From Candidatus Woesebacteria bacterium (GTDB taxonomy: Bacteria > Patescibacteriota > Microgenomatia > UBA1400 > UBA12108), in NCBI GenBank assembly GCA_018060845.1, contig JAGOVG010000001.1:152740-216739 (forward strand): a stretch of DNA of 64,000 nucleotides, given 5' to 3'. Positions 1 to 7,791 of the stretch are shown here, piece after piece; positions within the stretch are counted from its first letter, which is position 1; every line of letters begins with the position of its first letter. The notes beneath the pieces are model-generated. The model was given only the letters and a program-made list of their open reading frames with translations. It had not been told where the DNA came from and made no database searches. A program made the translations under genes and the position numbers.

Positions 1-197
1 TTCTTCGGTTAGATTGGTAAACTCGGCAAACGGGTTGCTCACCGAATCTTCGCTATTTAGGTCGAGGGTGGTAGTAGTAGATGGCTGGCGTGAAGAGATG
101 ATAAGGATAATAAGCAGAATGGCAGCTGAGATGCTAACTGCAGTTAGGAGGAATTTGTTGGCAAAAAGCCTTTGGGTTAGTTGATTGATCATAATGT
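1..197 (-). CDS. Hypothetical membrane-anchored protein, N-terminal fragment; the gene continues beyond the window
   Basis: Minus-strand reading from an ATG at about 197 gives MINQLTQRLFANKFLLTAVSISAAILLIILII..., an N-terminal TM helix. It is open to the window edge. Confidence 0.3.
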
Positions 198-264
198 TTT
201 TATCCCACTTCGCCATAAGGCTTCGTTAGGGATGAGGTACTATTATATTTCTTAATATCGAACC

Positions 265-3135
265 TCAAAACCCTGGTAATTTGAGTATATCAGCAGCAAT
301 GAGGCGAAGGAGTGAGACAGAGAAGATGACTAGAAGTAGTCCGGCTATTCCGGCTGAGAAAAGGTCGCGACCGGACTGTATGGCTTTTGCATCACCAGAG
401 CTTGTCATGAGACGGAAGACGCCAGTTAGCATAACAGAGAGTGAGATGGCACCTGAGATACCTATAAGGAACTGCAGGAGCGCAGTAACAAATGGCTGGT
501 AAGTGTAGGGGAGACAGCCAAGCGCTGTTGCAAGACTACCCTCACCACAGGTGATGGGTCGGAAAGCAGCTAGACCAGTGCCTGGAGTCCCGGTGGTAGG
601 AGTAGTGGGGGAGCTAGCGGGATTTGTGCTCGGCGAGGCTGCTGGAGATCTAGTTTTGAGATATTCATGAACAACAAGCGCTGTTGGGAACACGCCCGGT
701 CGTTGACCGTAGGGTTTTGGAGGGATACAGGGTGTAAAGTCACCACAGTACAACAAATACATACTTTGATGCGTCCCGTCGACCATGTTCATGGCATATG
801 GATCATCTTCGCCCTGGAACTTTCTAGGACAGCCACCATAAGGGATGGTCCCACCAGGAAAGCCGATTTGGCAGTTGCTGTTACCACCACCATTAAAGTT
901 GCTGATTGCGGTTATTAGCTCTGGAGTTGTATCTATTGTGTGACGCAAGAGCCCGTTGGCCGCTGATCTAACTGTCGCCTCGAAGCCGCCCTGTTCACCG
1001 ACTGGGCCACCGTTGGCCGCAGAGCATTTTTCGGGGTTTCCTGTCGCAGTAAAGCAGGTTGTTGCTTCTTCAAAATGATGACCTGCTAGGACTTCGCAGG
1101 GGACACCCGTTTCTTCGGATATTTTGGCGTAGGCCTCTTCGAGTTTAGGATTAAGGATCCCACCCTCAAACATAGCTGAGTTTTGAATAATACTAGTTAC
1201 ATTACTTGGCGCAGTCTTCCAATCAGAGTCAGCGAGGATAGCTTCGAATTTGTCGGGTAGACACTGGCCAGTGGTACTGGTCCCAGGAGCACCCACAGTC
1301 CTGTCGCAGCCTATTCTAGTGCCGAGCGCATACTCTTCGACAGAGGTATCTAATTGACTAGAGAACATTGGATCTGCACAGGTATAGTACCCAAAGCGAC
1401 GTCTAGCGTCGGCAGGGTTCATGGATTTGCCAGCATATAAGAGCTCTGCTTCATCATCGACCGTACTACTTAAGTCTTCGTTAAAATCCTGGACACTTTC
1501 GAGATTTGCTAGGGTGTCCCTAGTATCGTAGTAACCTTTTTGGAGTTCGCTGATTGACTGACCCATCGCTTCTGGAACAGTGTAGAGGTGATATTTAACC
1601 TGCTCAACTTCGTCGATTTTGTCACCGCCACCCCAGCCAGTAAATGCTAATTGGAGGAACCATGAAAGATTGAGTTCGGGGTAGGCTCCGCCCTTATCTT
1701 TGGTAAGAGTGGGTTGGAGCTTGTAGTTAGGACACTCGCCGTTTGGCCCTAGCTTCATGTCATCTTCGAGGTAGTCGATCCACTGAGTAAAATATTTCCA
1801 GCTAGACCAAGGGATATATTTGAGACAACCATCCTTGAGTTCGCCGTAGAGCTTTTCGTGGATAAAACTGGGAATCCCAAACTCACTACTAACACTGGCA
1901 AAGCGAGCGAGAGGATTGACCGCCACAATGTTTTTGTAAATCCGCATAGCGTCACTAAGTGGATAGGTCATAAAGAGCTGGTCTAGGGCTGCATTAAATG
2001 ATTGTGAGATAGAGGTGTCGTAGAATAAGCCGCGCCGTATACCTACCAACATTTCATCTGGTACCCAACACTTGTCGGGATTTTTGGGACAACATACATT
2101 CCAGACACAAATAGTAGGCCTGATGTACCCCTGACGAAAAGAGGGGGGATAGAGTGGGGCAGACATTAGGTTAATAAACCATTCGTCTGGCTGCACTTTA
2201 CCGGCTTCTTTGTTGATCACATTACAGATCGCTTGTTGTGTTTCGCCCAGTCCTTCGAGGAGTGCGTAGTTGCCAGGATTAATATACATATCATCTAGCA
2301 TCTCAAGCATTCCAAAAGTTGGGGCAGCCACCGCGTCTGGGAGCTCATCGGAGATCTCGAGGAGGGTCTTGGTACCTACAGTTGGAGTGTCGGGATCTAG
2401 GTCGTGATCAATGCCGACTTGGTAGCCCCAGTCTACCCATCCTAGTGGCCACTCGCCGGTCTGTGCGAGAGTTGATTTGGTTTGCTTGGCGCGTTTGACG
2501 ACTATCACTTTGCGCAGAGCGACATCACAAAAACTAGAGTTGAGATATTGCGATCCCCAAGAGATATCATTACTTGTTCCTACATTAGTAAACGCAAGTG
2601 CTTCGCTTTGCAGTTTTGGGTAGGTTGGCTTTTCAGCTGAGAAATCGGTGCCTTTGACAGTACGGCTAATACTGGGTCTTTTTTTGTAACTACATTTACC
2701 CTTGGTGACCCCACCCAGATCAGGGTTGGCTTTGGCAGTACAGCTATCGTTTGGATCAGATGTCGCATCTTTGACATATTCGCCACTGTCGCGGTTGCAG
2801 AGACCTACTGTTCCACCCTCACACCCATCGACTAATTCTTCTGTTTGGTTGTCGACTGCACAGACATAATCGCGCTCATCACCACCTGGACAGAGCATGA
2901 GATTTTCGTATTCGCGACTACGATCACGGTTTTCGTATATTTTTAAAAAAGGAGCTCGGATGTATTTGTAGAGCGGAAAAAAAATCTCAAAGTGATACTC
3001 TTCATCAGGATTGCCCTCGACTGAAAAGGGGGCAAACGGTTCTGTTGATTCGGCACGAGCTGGAGCAATGGATAATGAGGAGTGAGCAAGGAGTAGAGCT
3101 AAGAGCGAAGTTGTGATAAGGCGCAGCAATCTCAT
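265..3135 (-). CDS. Large secreted Cys-rich protein (956 aa) with a C-terminal VirB2/TrbC-like pilin domain; putative adhesin-pilin fusion
   Basis: N-terminal signal peptide (MRLLRLITTSLLALLLAHSSLSIAPARA). About 850 aa of Cys-rich extracellular sequence. A Pro/Thr linker (PSTNPASSPTTPTTGTPGTG). The C-terminal 110 aa (ITCGEGSLATALGCLPY...TSSGDAKAIQSGRDLFSAGIAGLLLVIFSV) match the two-TM pilin core of the downstream paralogs. Confidence 0.7.
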   Translation of the reverse strand: MRLLRLITTSLLALLLAHSSLSIAPARAESTEPFAPFSVEGNPDEEYHFEIFFPLYKYIRAPFLKIYENRDRSREYENLMLCPGGDERDYVCAVDNQTEELVDGCEGGTVGLCNRDSGEYVKDATSDPNDSCTAKANPDLGGVTKGKCSYKKRPSISRTVKGTDFSAEKPTYPKLQSEALAFTNVGTSNDISWGSQYLNSSFCDVALRKVIVVKRAKQTKSTLAQTGEWPLGWVDWGYQVGIDHDLDPDTPTVGTKTLLEISDELPDAVAAPTFGMLEMLDDMYINPGNYALLEGLGETQQAICNVINKEAGKVQPDEWFINLMSAPLYPPSFRQGYIRPTICVWNVCCPKNPDKCWVPDEMLVGIRRGLFYDTSISQSFNAALDQLFMTYPLSDAMRIYKNIVAVNPLARFASVSSEFGIPSFIHEKLYGELKDGCLKYIPWSSWKYFTQWIDYLEDDMKLGPNGECPNYKLQPTLTKDKGGAYPELNLSWFLQLAFTGWGGGDKIDEVEQVKYHLYTVPEAMGQSISELQKGYYDTRDTLANLESVQDFNEDLSSTVDDEAELLYAGKSMNPADARRRFGYYTCADPMFSSQLDTSVEEYALGTRIGCDRTVGAPGTSTTGQCLPDKFEAILADSDWKTAPSNVTSIIQNSAMFEGGILNPKLEEAYAKISEETGVPCEVLAGHHFEEATTCFTATGNPEKCSAANGGPVGEQGGFEATVRSAANGLLRHTIDTTPELITAISNFNGGGNSNCQIGFPGGTIPYGGCPRKFQGEDDPYAMNMVDGTHQSMYLLYCGDFTPCIPPKPYGQRPGVFPTALVVHEYLKTRSPAASPSTNPASSPTTPTTGTPGTGLAAFRPITCGEGSLATALGCLPYTYQPFVTALLQFLIGISGAISLSVMLTGVFRLMTSSGDAKAIQSGRDLFSAGIAGLLLVIFSVSLLRLIAADILKLPGF

Positions 3136-3137
3136 GA

Positions 3138-3419
3138 TCAGAAGCCAAAGTTGAATTGAGTAACTGGTGCACCAGTGAGATTTTCGATTAAGAGTAAGAT
3201 CAGCCAGGAGACAATGGCAAGGACCAGGCCACCAACCGCATAGCCAACAGTTTGTTTGCCACCCTGCAACCCCTTAGGGTCTCCACCACTGGTTAAGATC
3301 TTAAAACCACCAACTAAGATCATGATAAAAGCTACCATGCCAATTAGTGGGATCATGGCGGATAGAACGTTGCCAAAGTAATCTGGTAGTTGGTCGAGGC
3401 GTGCGGCGTCTGAGTCCAT
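3138..3419 (-). CDS. Pilin-like small membrane protein (VirB2/TrbC-like, two TM)
   Basis: 93 aa. TM1 (LIGMVAFIMILVGGFKILTSGGDPKG), polar loop, TM2 (VGGLVLAIVSWLILLLIENL). It sits 2 nt upstream of the 956-aa gene, so the two are probably an operon. Confidence 0.6.
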   Translation of the reverse strand: MDSDAARLDQLPDYFGNVLSAMIPLIGMVAFIMILVGGFKILTSGGDPKGLQGGKQTVGYAVGGLVLAIVSWLILLLIENLTGAPVTQFNFGF

Positions 3420-3439
3420 GTCTGTAATTATAGTACAAA

Positions 3440-3470
3440 AACCCCGCTTACGCGGGGTTTATTGCAATGT
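3440..3470 (-). terminator. Rho-independent terminator (the hairpin is bidirectional) after the pilin gene 3486..3833
   Basis: Plus strand reads aaaaaCCCCGCttacGCGGGGtttatt. On the minus strand the stem CCCCGC/GCGGGG is followed by TTTTT. Confidence 0.6.
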
Positions 3471-3485
3471 TTGTAACAAAAAGTC

Positions 3486-3833
3486 TTAGTAAGCAGTTGG
3501 AGGCGTAATGTTGTCGTTGAGGATGCTGATACCAAAGAAGTATTGGATGATCAACATGACCGCCCAAGCAGAGGCTACGACTGCGAGACCAACTAGAGCT
3601 GCAGTGATGCGATCACGAGCTTCTTGGGTTTTGCCTTTGTCACCACCTGATGTAATCCATTGGATGCCACCCCAGATTAGATACATGAAGACGAGGAGAG
3701 CAGAAACGAGTAGTGCTCCCTGGACTGCACCCTTGATGAGAGTACCAATATTGGTGATTGCGACGTTGTCTGGCTTGCCAATTGAGAGGTCTGGAGCTGC
3801 TGGAGCTGCTAAGACTTTGGAAATTTCGAACAT
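3486..3833 (-). CDS. Pilin-like protein (VirB2/TrbC-like), paralog 1 of the array
   Basis: Conserved core YLIWGGIQWITSGGDKGKTQEARDRITAALVGLAVVASAWAV. Start moved to MFEISK because a strong RBS, AAAGGAGAAcatATG, sits just upstream. It has its own terminator. Confidence 0.7.
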   Translation of the reverse strand: MFEISKVLAAPAAPDLSIGKPDNVAITNIGTLIKGAVQGALLVSALLVFMYLIWGGIQWITSGGDKGKTQEARDRITAALVGLAVVASAWAVMLIIQYFFGISILNDNITPPTAY

Positions 3834-3891
3834 ATGTTCTCCTTTTATTACTTTATGATCTAAGTGTATCAATTATAGCAGGATTAGCAAG

Positions 3892-4266
3892 TTATTTGGT
3901 AATGCCAATCCCAAAGAAGTAGTCGACTAGTAAGTAGACGGCCCAAGCCGAGGCTACGATAGCTAGGCCAACTATAGCCTGGGTAATTTTGTTTCTAGCT
4001 TCTTCCAACTTTCCTTTGTCACCACCGGCCGTGATCCAGTTGATACCTCCGTAGACTAGGTACATAAAAGTGGCGAGCCCAGCTACTAGAATGACGGCCG
4101 AGAAGCTGCGGGAGACAAAAGTGCCAAGATCTTCGTTGATTGCCACGCGAGATTTGACTTGGTCATCCACATTGATGGCAAAGCTACCACCGGCGGCGAG
4201 TGCTACGGGCGTACTAGTTAAAAGTAGAAAGGTAAAAGTTGAAAGTCGGGTGAGTATTTTTTTCAT
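3892..4266 (-). CDS. Pilin-like protein (VirB2/TrbC-like), paralog 2
   Basis: Signal-peptide-like N-terminus, then YLVYGGINWITAGGDKGKLEEARNKITQAIVGLAIVASAWAV. Confidence 0.7.
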   Translation of the reverse strand: MKKILTRLSTFTFLLLTSTPVALAAGGSFAINVDDQVKSRVAINEDLGTFVSRSFSAVILVAGLATFMYLVYGGINWITAGGDKGKLEEARNKITQAIVGLAIVASAWAVYLLVDYFFGIGITK

Positions 4267-4304
4267 ATGTGGTCATTCCCGCCAATGCGGGACTTCGCTT
4301 ACGC

Positions 4305-4661
4305 TCAGCCTGCAGTGGGCCAGATAATGTTTAAGAGATCGACTCCGAGCGCTGATTCGATAAATTTGATTATGACGTAGCTTGCCGCGAGAACTGCAAG
4401 TCCAACTAAACCCTGAGTAATTTTGGCTCGACTCTCGTCAAGTTTTCCTTTGTCACCACCAGCCATAATCCAGTTGAGTCCACCCCAGAGGAAGTAAAGT
4501 AGAAAGGCGAGACCGCCTACGATAATGATGGTTTGCCAGAGCGTGGCCATGGTAATAGCAAATTGTTGAGGAGCACTATCAGGAGAGTCGCCCCCTGGCA
4601 CGGCTGTATTAGTTATCGCTGCGTGTACTTGAGTGACAAGTTGAAAGTTTGTAAAGTTCAT
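4305..4661 (-). CDS. Pilin-like protein, paralog 3
   Basis: FLWGGLNWIMAGGDKGKLDESRAKITQGLVGLAVLAASYVI. Variable N- and C-terminal tails. Confidence 0.7.
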   Translation of the reverse strand: MNFTNFQLVTQVHAAITNTAVPGGDSPDSAPQQFAITMATLWQTIIIVGGLAFLLYFLWGGLNWIMAGGDKGKLDESRAKITQGLVGLAVLAASYVIIKFIESALGVDLLNIIWPTAG

Positions 4662-4665
4662 AAAA

Positions 4666-5028
4666 TTAATTGAAGGTGATCCCCTGAATAATACTACCTG
4701 GTTCGAGGATGTTTAGACCTAGGGCAGAGCCCACGATCCAGACAATGGAGTAGGAGAGGACGATAATGATCAAACCTATGGCGCCACCCGTCATCATGCC
4801 CTTGGCTTTGTCGATCTTACCTTTGTCACCACCGGCCGTGATCCAGTTGAGGCCGCCAAGGAGGAAATAGAGGACAAAAGCAATGCCAGCAACTACGGTT
4901 AGCACAACTAGAGTATTGCTGATTAGTTTTTCAAAGGCACTAGTACTGCCCTCGATGCCACTACCAGGTTGGTATCCACCAGGAGTAGTAATCTGACTAA
5001 AGCTAGTGTCTGCCAAGATTTTTGACAT
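4666..5028 (-). CDS. Pilin-like protein, paralog 4
   Basis: FLLGGLNWITAGGDKGKIDKAKGMMTGGAIGLIIIVLSYSIV. Confidence 0.7.
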   Translation of the reverse strand: MSKILADTSFSQITTPGGYQPGSGIEGSTSAFEKLISNTLVVLTVVAGIAFVLYFLLGGLNWITAGGDKGKIDKAKGMMTGGAIGLIIIVLSYSIVWIVGSALGLNILEPGSIIQGITFN

Positions 5029-5031
5029 AAA

Positions 5032-5367
5032 TTAAAAACTCCCTGGTCCAGTAATGGTAGGAGATAAGATAGCTCCTGCATCGCCAAATAGGACAAAGGA
5101 GACAATGCCGGTAATCGCTGCTGCGCCTACCATGATGATTAAACCGAGGAGAGACATGTTGATTGAGTACATAGCAGCCTGGATCTTTTTCTCGTCCCCT
5201 CCGGCCGTGACGTAAGTAAAGCCAGAGATCATGAGATTAAAGAATGCGTACAATCCCGCTGCAACAAAAATAACGGTCACAATATTAGTGATAAAACTTG
5301 GTAACCCAGTGTTGACATCACCGTAGTTGGTTACTGGATTGTCGATGTTACCAAAGACGCTTGCCAT
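5032..5367 (-). CDS. Pilin-like protein, paralog 5 (diverged)
   Basis: Same two-TM topology. The motif is degenerated to TYVTAGGDEKKIQAAMYSINMSLLGLIIMVG. Confidence 0.6.
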   Translation of the reverse strand: MASVFGNIDNPVTNYGDVNTGLPSFITNIVTVIFVAAGLYAFFNLMISGFTYVTAGGDEKKIQAAMYSINMSLLGLIIMVGAAAITGIVSFVLFGDAGAILSPTITGPGSF

Positions 5368-5371
5368 AGAT

Positions 5372-5719
5372 TTATAGAATCTCTAGTCCGGTGACGATCT
5401 GAATAATCTGAATTATCCAGTACGAACCGAAGACTACTAATAGGCCCATTATAGCAAAAGTAATAGTTTTTTTGCCCTCTTCCATCTTGTGACTATCGCT
5501 GGCGCCACTTATCACATTAAATCCGCCGAGTACAAACATAAAAAAGAGCACTAGCCCTGCTGCGACATAGACGTTCGGGAGGATGGCGTTGATTAAGTCG
5601 CTCGCACTACCGTAGGTCGAGTCTGCGCTACTACCCTGGAAAATAAGCTTGTCACCTAAGTTAAATCCTGCCATGCCATTTATTATACCCTTTGGAGTAG
5701 AATATGGCACATGGAACAA
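5372..5719 (-). CDS. Pilin-like protein, paralog 6 (diverged)
   Basis: Two TM around the motif ISGASDSHKMEEGKKTITFAIMGLLVVFGSYWII. The real start may be the internal MAGFNLG at 5674, because 5711-5719 overlaps the divergent sigma gene. Confidence 0.55.
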   Translation of the reverse strand: MFHVPYSTPKGIINGMAGFNLGDKLIFQGSSADSTYGSASDLINAILPNVYVAAGLVLFFMFVLGGFNVISGASDSHKMEEGKKTITFAIMGLLVVFGSYWIIQIIQIVTGLEIL

Positions 5720-6250
5720 GTGATAAAGGAGATATTAAAAGGAAAAAAGGGTGCAGCAACTGTATTTTACCGAGAGTACTCACCTAAACTAAGGCGATTT
5801 TTGGTGGCTAAACTCCCGAGCGAAGCAGATGCGGAGGAGCTACTCCAAGACATATTTTTGTCTGTGTTTGACTCTCTGCCGATCTACCGGGGGGAGTGTA
5901 GCGTTATGTCATGGATTTACTCGATAGCACGACATGAGGTGGCCGACTTTTATCGCAAGCGCTACGTTCGAGAGCTGGTAGAGAAGACCAATCCTTTGTT
6001 TGAAGAGTTGATGGAGACGGTTGAGACCCCAGAAAAGGTTTTGGATAAAACTAAAAAGCGTGCTCAGTTTTTTGCGGTGTACAAAGGTCTTAATCAATCA
6101 TACCAAGATATACTGTCATACCGCTACGAATTATCTTTGTCAGTAAAAGAGATAGCGGCAAAAATGAAACTCACATTTAAGGCAACAGAGTCATTACTTT
6201 ATCGGGCGAGGACAGCTTTTGCCCTAGCTTACGAAACATATGCAGAGTGA
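5711..6250 (+). CDS. ECF-type RNA polymerase sigma factor (sigma-70 regions 2 and 4)
   Basis: Region 2-like DIFLSVFDSLPIYRGECSVMSWIYSIARHEVADFYRKR. Region 4-like LSYRYELSLSVKEIAAKMKLTFKATESLLYRARTAF. Divergent from the pilin array. Confidence 0.8.
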   Translation: MEQVIKEILKGKKGAATVFYREYSPKLRRFLVAKLPSEADAEELLQDIFLSVFDSLPIYRGECSVMSWIYSIARHEVADFYRKRYVRELVEKTNPLFEELMETVETPEKVLDKTKKRAQFFAVYKGLNQSYQDILSYRYELSLSVKEIAAKMKLTFKATESLLYRARTAFALAYETYAE

Positions 6251-6470
6251 AGCCAAATTTTTGCAAGTAATAGAAAAGAAAGCTGTGGAGGAGAGAAAAA
6301 TCCTAGATACCGAATTGATGCCAAGCTGGGCTCGGGGGGTAGGAGAGTGGTTGGTGGTGAATCCGTGGCGGGTGATGGTACCTGTTTCGGGTATTTCGTA
6401 TATATTGTTTCGGACAGCGCTTGGCACTAATTTTCGGGAGTTGATATTGGGATTGTTTGGAGGATATTAA
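6240..6470 (+). CDS. Small single-TM protein, possible anti-sigma factor
   Basis: Its start overlaps the sigma stop (ATGcagagTGA). One TM (VMVPVSGISYILF). Role inferred from position only. Confidence 0.3.
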   Translation: MQSEAKFLQVIEKKAVEERKILDTELMPSWARGVGEWLVVNPWRVMVPVSGISYILFRTALGTNFRELILGLFGGY

Positions 6471-6473
6471 TTC

Positions 6474-6535
6474 GGACAACCGGAATACTCGGAGAGACAA
6501 GATGAATCAGAATAATCAGAAAATCAGAACAGGAG
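6474..6535. repeat. CGGACAACC-family repeat, copy A (head plus a 3x 9-bp AATCAGAA tail)
   Basis: tcggacaaccggaatactcggagagacaagatgaatcagaataatcagaaaatcagaa. Matches the copies at 40511, 43801 and 63231. Confidence 0.6.
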
Positions 6536-6843
6536 GAATATTGTTGCTTGGAGTGTGGGCGAGTTATGTATGGGGGACGACTCTTGCGGGACTGGCAATC
6601 CATCCGTACCAATCAATCCGACGTATAGTGTTGGGTAAGAAAATATTGTTGCCAGTTACACTTTCACCTCTGATAGGCCTGATTGTATTGTTTGTAGCCG
6701 GCCGGATGGGGAGCTATGTTTTTACTCTAGGTAATATTGGTAGGGAACTAACGGCGCTAGTTCTGGGATCGACTCTCATTGGACTATTGATGTGGCAAGG
6801 ACTACTACTTCTGTTGGTGCTGAGGTTTTGGCGGGCGCGTTAG
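6503..6843 (+). CDS. Multi-TM membrane protein co-transcribed with the ECF sigma
   Basis: Three to four predicted TM helices (GILLLGVWASYVWGTTLAGL, LLPVTLSPLIGLIVLFVAG, LTALVLGSTLIGLLMWQGLLLLLVL). ATG at 6503. The ORF also stays open upstream through the CGGACAACC repeat. Confidence 0.4.
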
Positions 6844-7202
6844 AGGTGATCGACAATGGCGGTTTCCCCAAAGTATCCCAACTTAAGGAGGAGCTTGTCT
6901 CGTGTTAGAAAATATTGACACTTTCCTTGGGTTGCGGAGTGAAGTTGAAGATTATCTTCTAGGTCGTTGGTTGGGCCAACTAGTGCTCGCTGAAGAACGA
7001 CATTGGACAAGTTAACTATGCCCATGTTTTTTAATAATAAATCTAATTCTAGGGTAGGTATATTTGTTTTTGTTGCATAACATAAGATGTGACAAGAGAG
7101 GGGGGAGATGTAGAGTTTGTGTTCTGCAAGTTCTGCTAGTTTACTAGTATCACGCTTAAATAGGTCGATTAGGATGTTGGTATCAAGATATATGTTTGCC
7201 AT
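6840..7202 (-). CDS. vapC: PIN-domain toxin (VapC-like ribonuclease)
   Basis: MANIYLDTNILIDLF... is a classic PIN N-terminus. Start set at MANIY. Confidence 0.75.
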   Translation of the reverse strand: MANIYLDTNILIDLFKRDTSKLAELAEHKLYISPLSCHILCYATKTNIPTLELDLLLKNMGIVNLSNVVLQRALVGPTNDLEDNLQLHSATQGKCQYFLTRDKLLLKLGYFGETAIVDHL

Positions 7203-7455
7203 ACTTTTTTTGGATATATTCGTCGTAGTTCTTCTTTCTTTGTGCATCAGAAATTCTGGTAGTTTTGAGGTTTTTGGTGAGTTCTAGATATTTTTTGGCG
7301 TCAAAAGGCTGAGCAGGTTTATTTTCTGGCGGGGAGATAACACCAAGCACTTGAGAGCGGTGAATTAACTGGACAGAATGACCTGCCATGAGGGCATCAA
7401 CTAGTTTAGTAGTGTTGGTTCTTAGTTGAGTAGTGGTAATGTAGTTCATATACAC
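7183..7455 (-). CDS. Phd/YefM-type antitoxin
   Basis: ITTTQLRTNTTKLVDALMAGHSVQLI is a Phd/YefM-like N-terminus. It overlaps the PIN gene by about 20 nt. Confidence 0.6.
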   Translation of the reverse strand: MYMNYITTTQLRTNTTKLVDALMAGHSVQLIHRSQVLGVISPPENKPAQPFDAKKYLELTKNLKTTRISDAQRKKNYDEYIQKKYGKHIS

Positions 7456-7460
7456 TTAAA

Positions 7461-7478
7461 TATACATTTAAATGTATA
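7461..7478. promoter_or_regulatory. Perfect 18-bp palindrome, TATACATTTAAATGTATA, just upstream of the antitoxin start; candidate autoregulatory operator
   Basis: Read directly from the sequence. It lies 6 nt upstream of the antitoxin ATG at 7455 on the minus strand. Confidence 0.5.
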
Positions 7479-7525
7479 TTTGTCAAGCGACGAATGATTA
7501 AATCAGATGATGCGACATAATTAAC

Positions 7526-7762
7526 ATGAGCGGTGAAGAATTAACTCCTGGATGGAATATTCCGAGAATCTGGAGGAATAAGCAACAAAGATATGGACTA
7601 GTGGGAGAGGTGTGTCCTCACTGTGACCATAAGATATTTCCGCCGCGTGATGTTTGTCCATACTGTGGTGATGAGGCGAGATCTACAATCCAAGCAGTTG
7701 CTCAAGACGAGACTGGTGATACTACAATAGCTCTAGCCATGAGAGTAAATGTGAGCGAATGA
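7526..7762 (+). CDS. Small zinc-ribbon protein
   Basis: CPHCDHK...CPYCGDE, i.e. CxxC-x13-CxxC. Confidence 0.45.
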   Translation: MSGEELTPGWNIPRIWRNKQQRYGLVGEVCPHCDHKIFPPRDVCPYCGDEARSTIQAVAQDETGDTTIALAMRVNVSE

Positions 7763-7791
7763 TTTCTAAGAATTAGGCGACATCTATTTTT

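Noticed and set aside
3508-3858. Plus-strand ORFs antisense to the pilin genes (3508..3858, 4070..4327, 281..502, 667..918, 11059..11355)
   Set aside because: They lie wholly inside better-supported minus-strand genes and have no motifs. They are typical antisense shadow ORFs.
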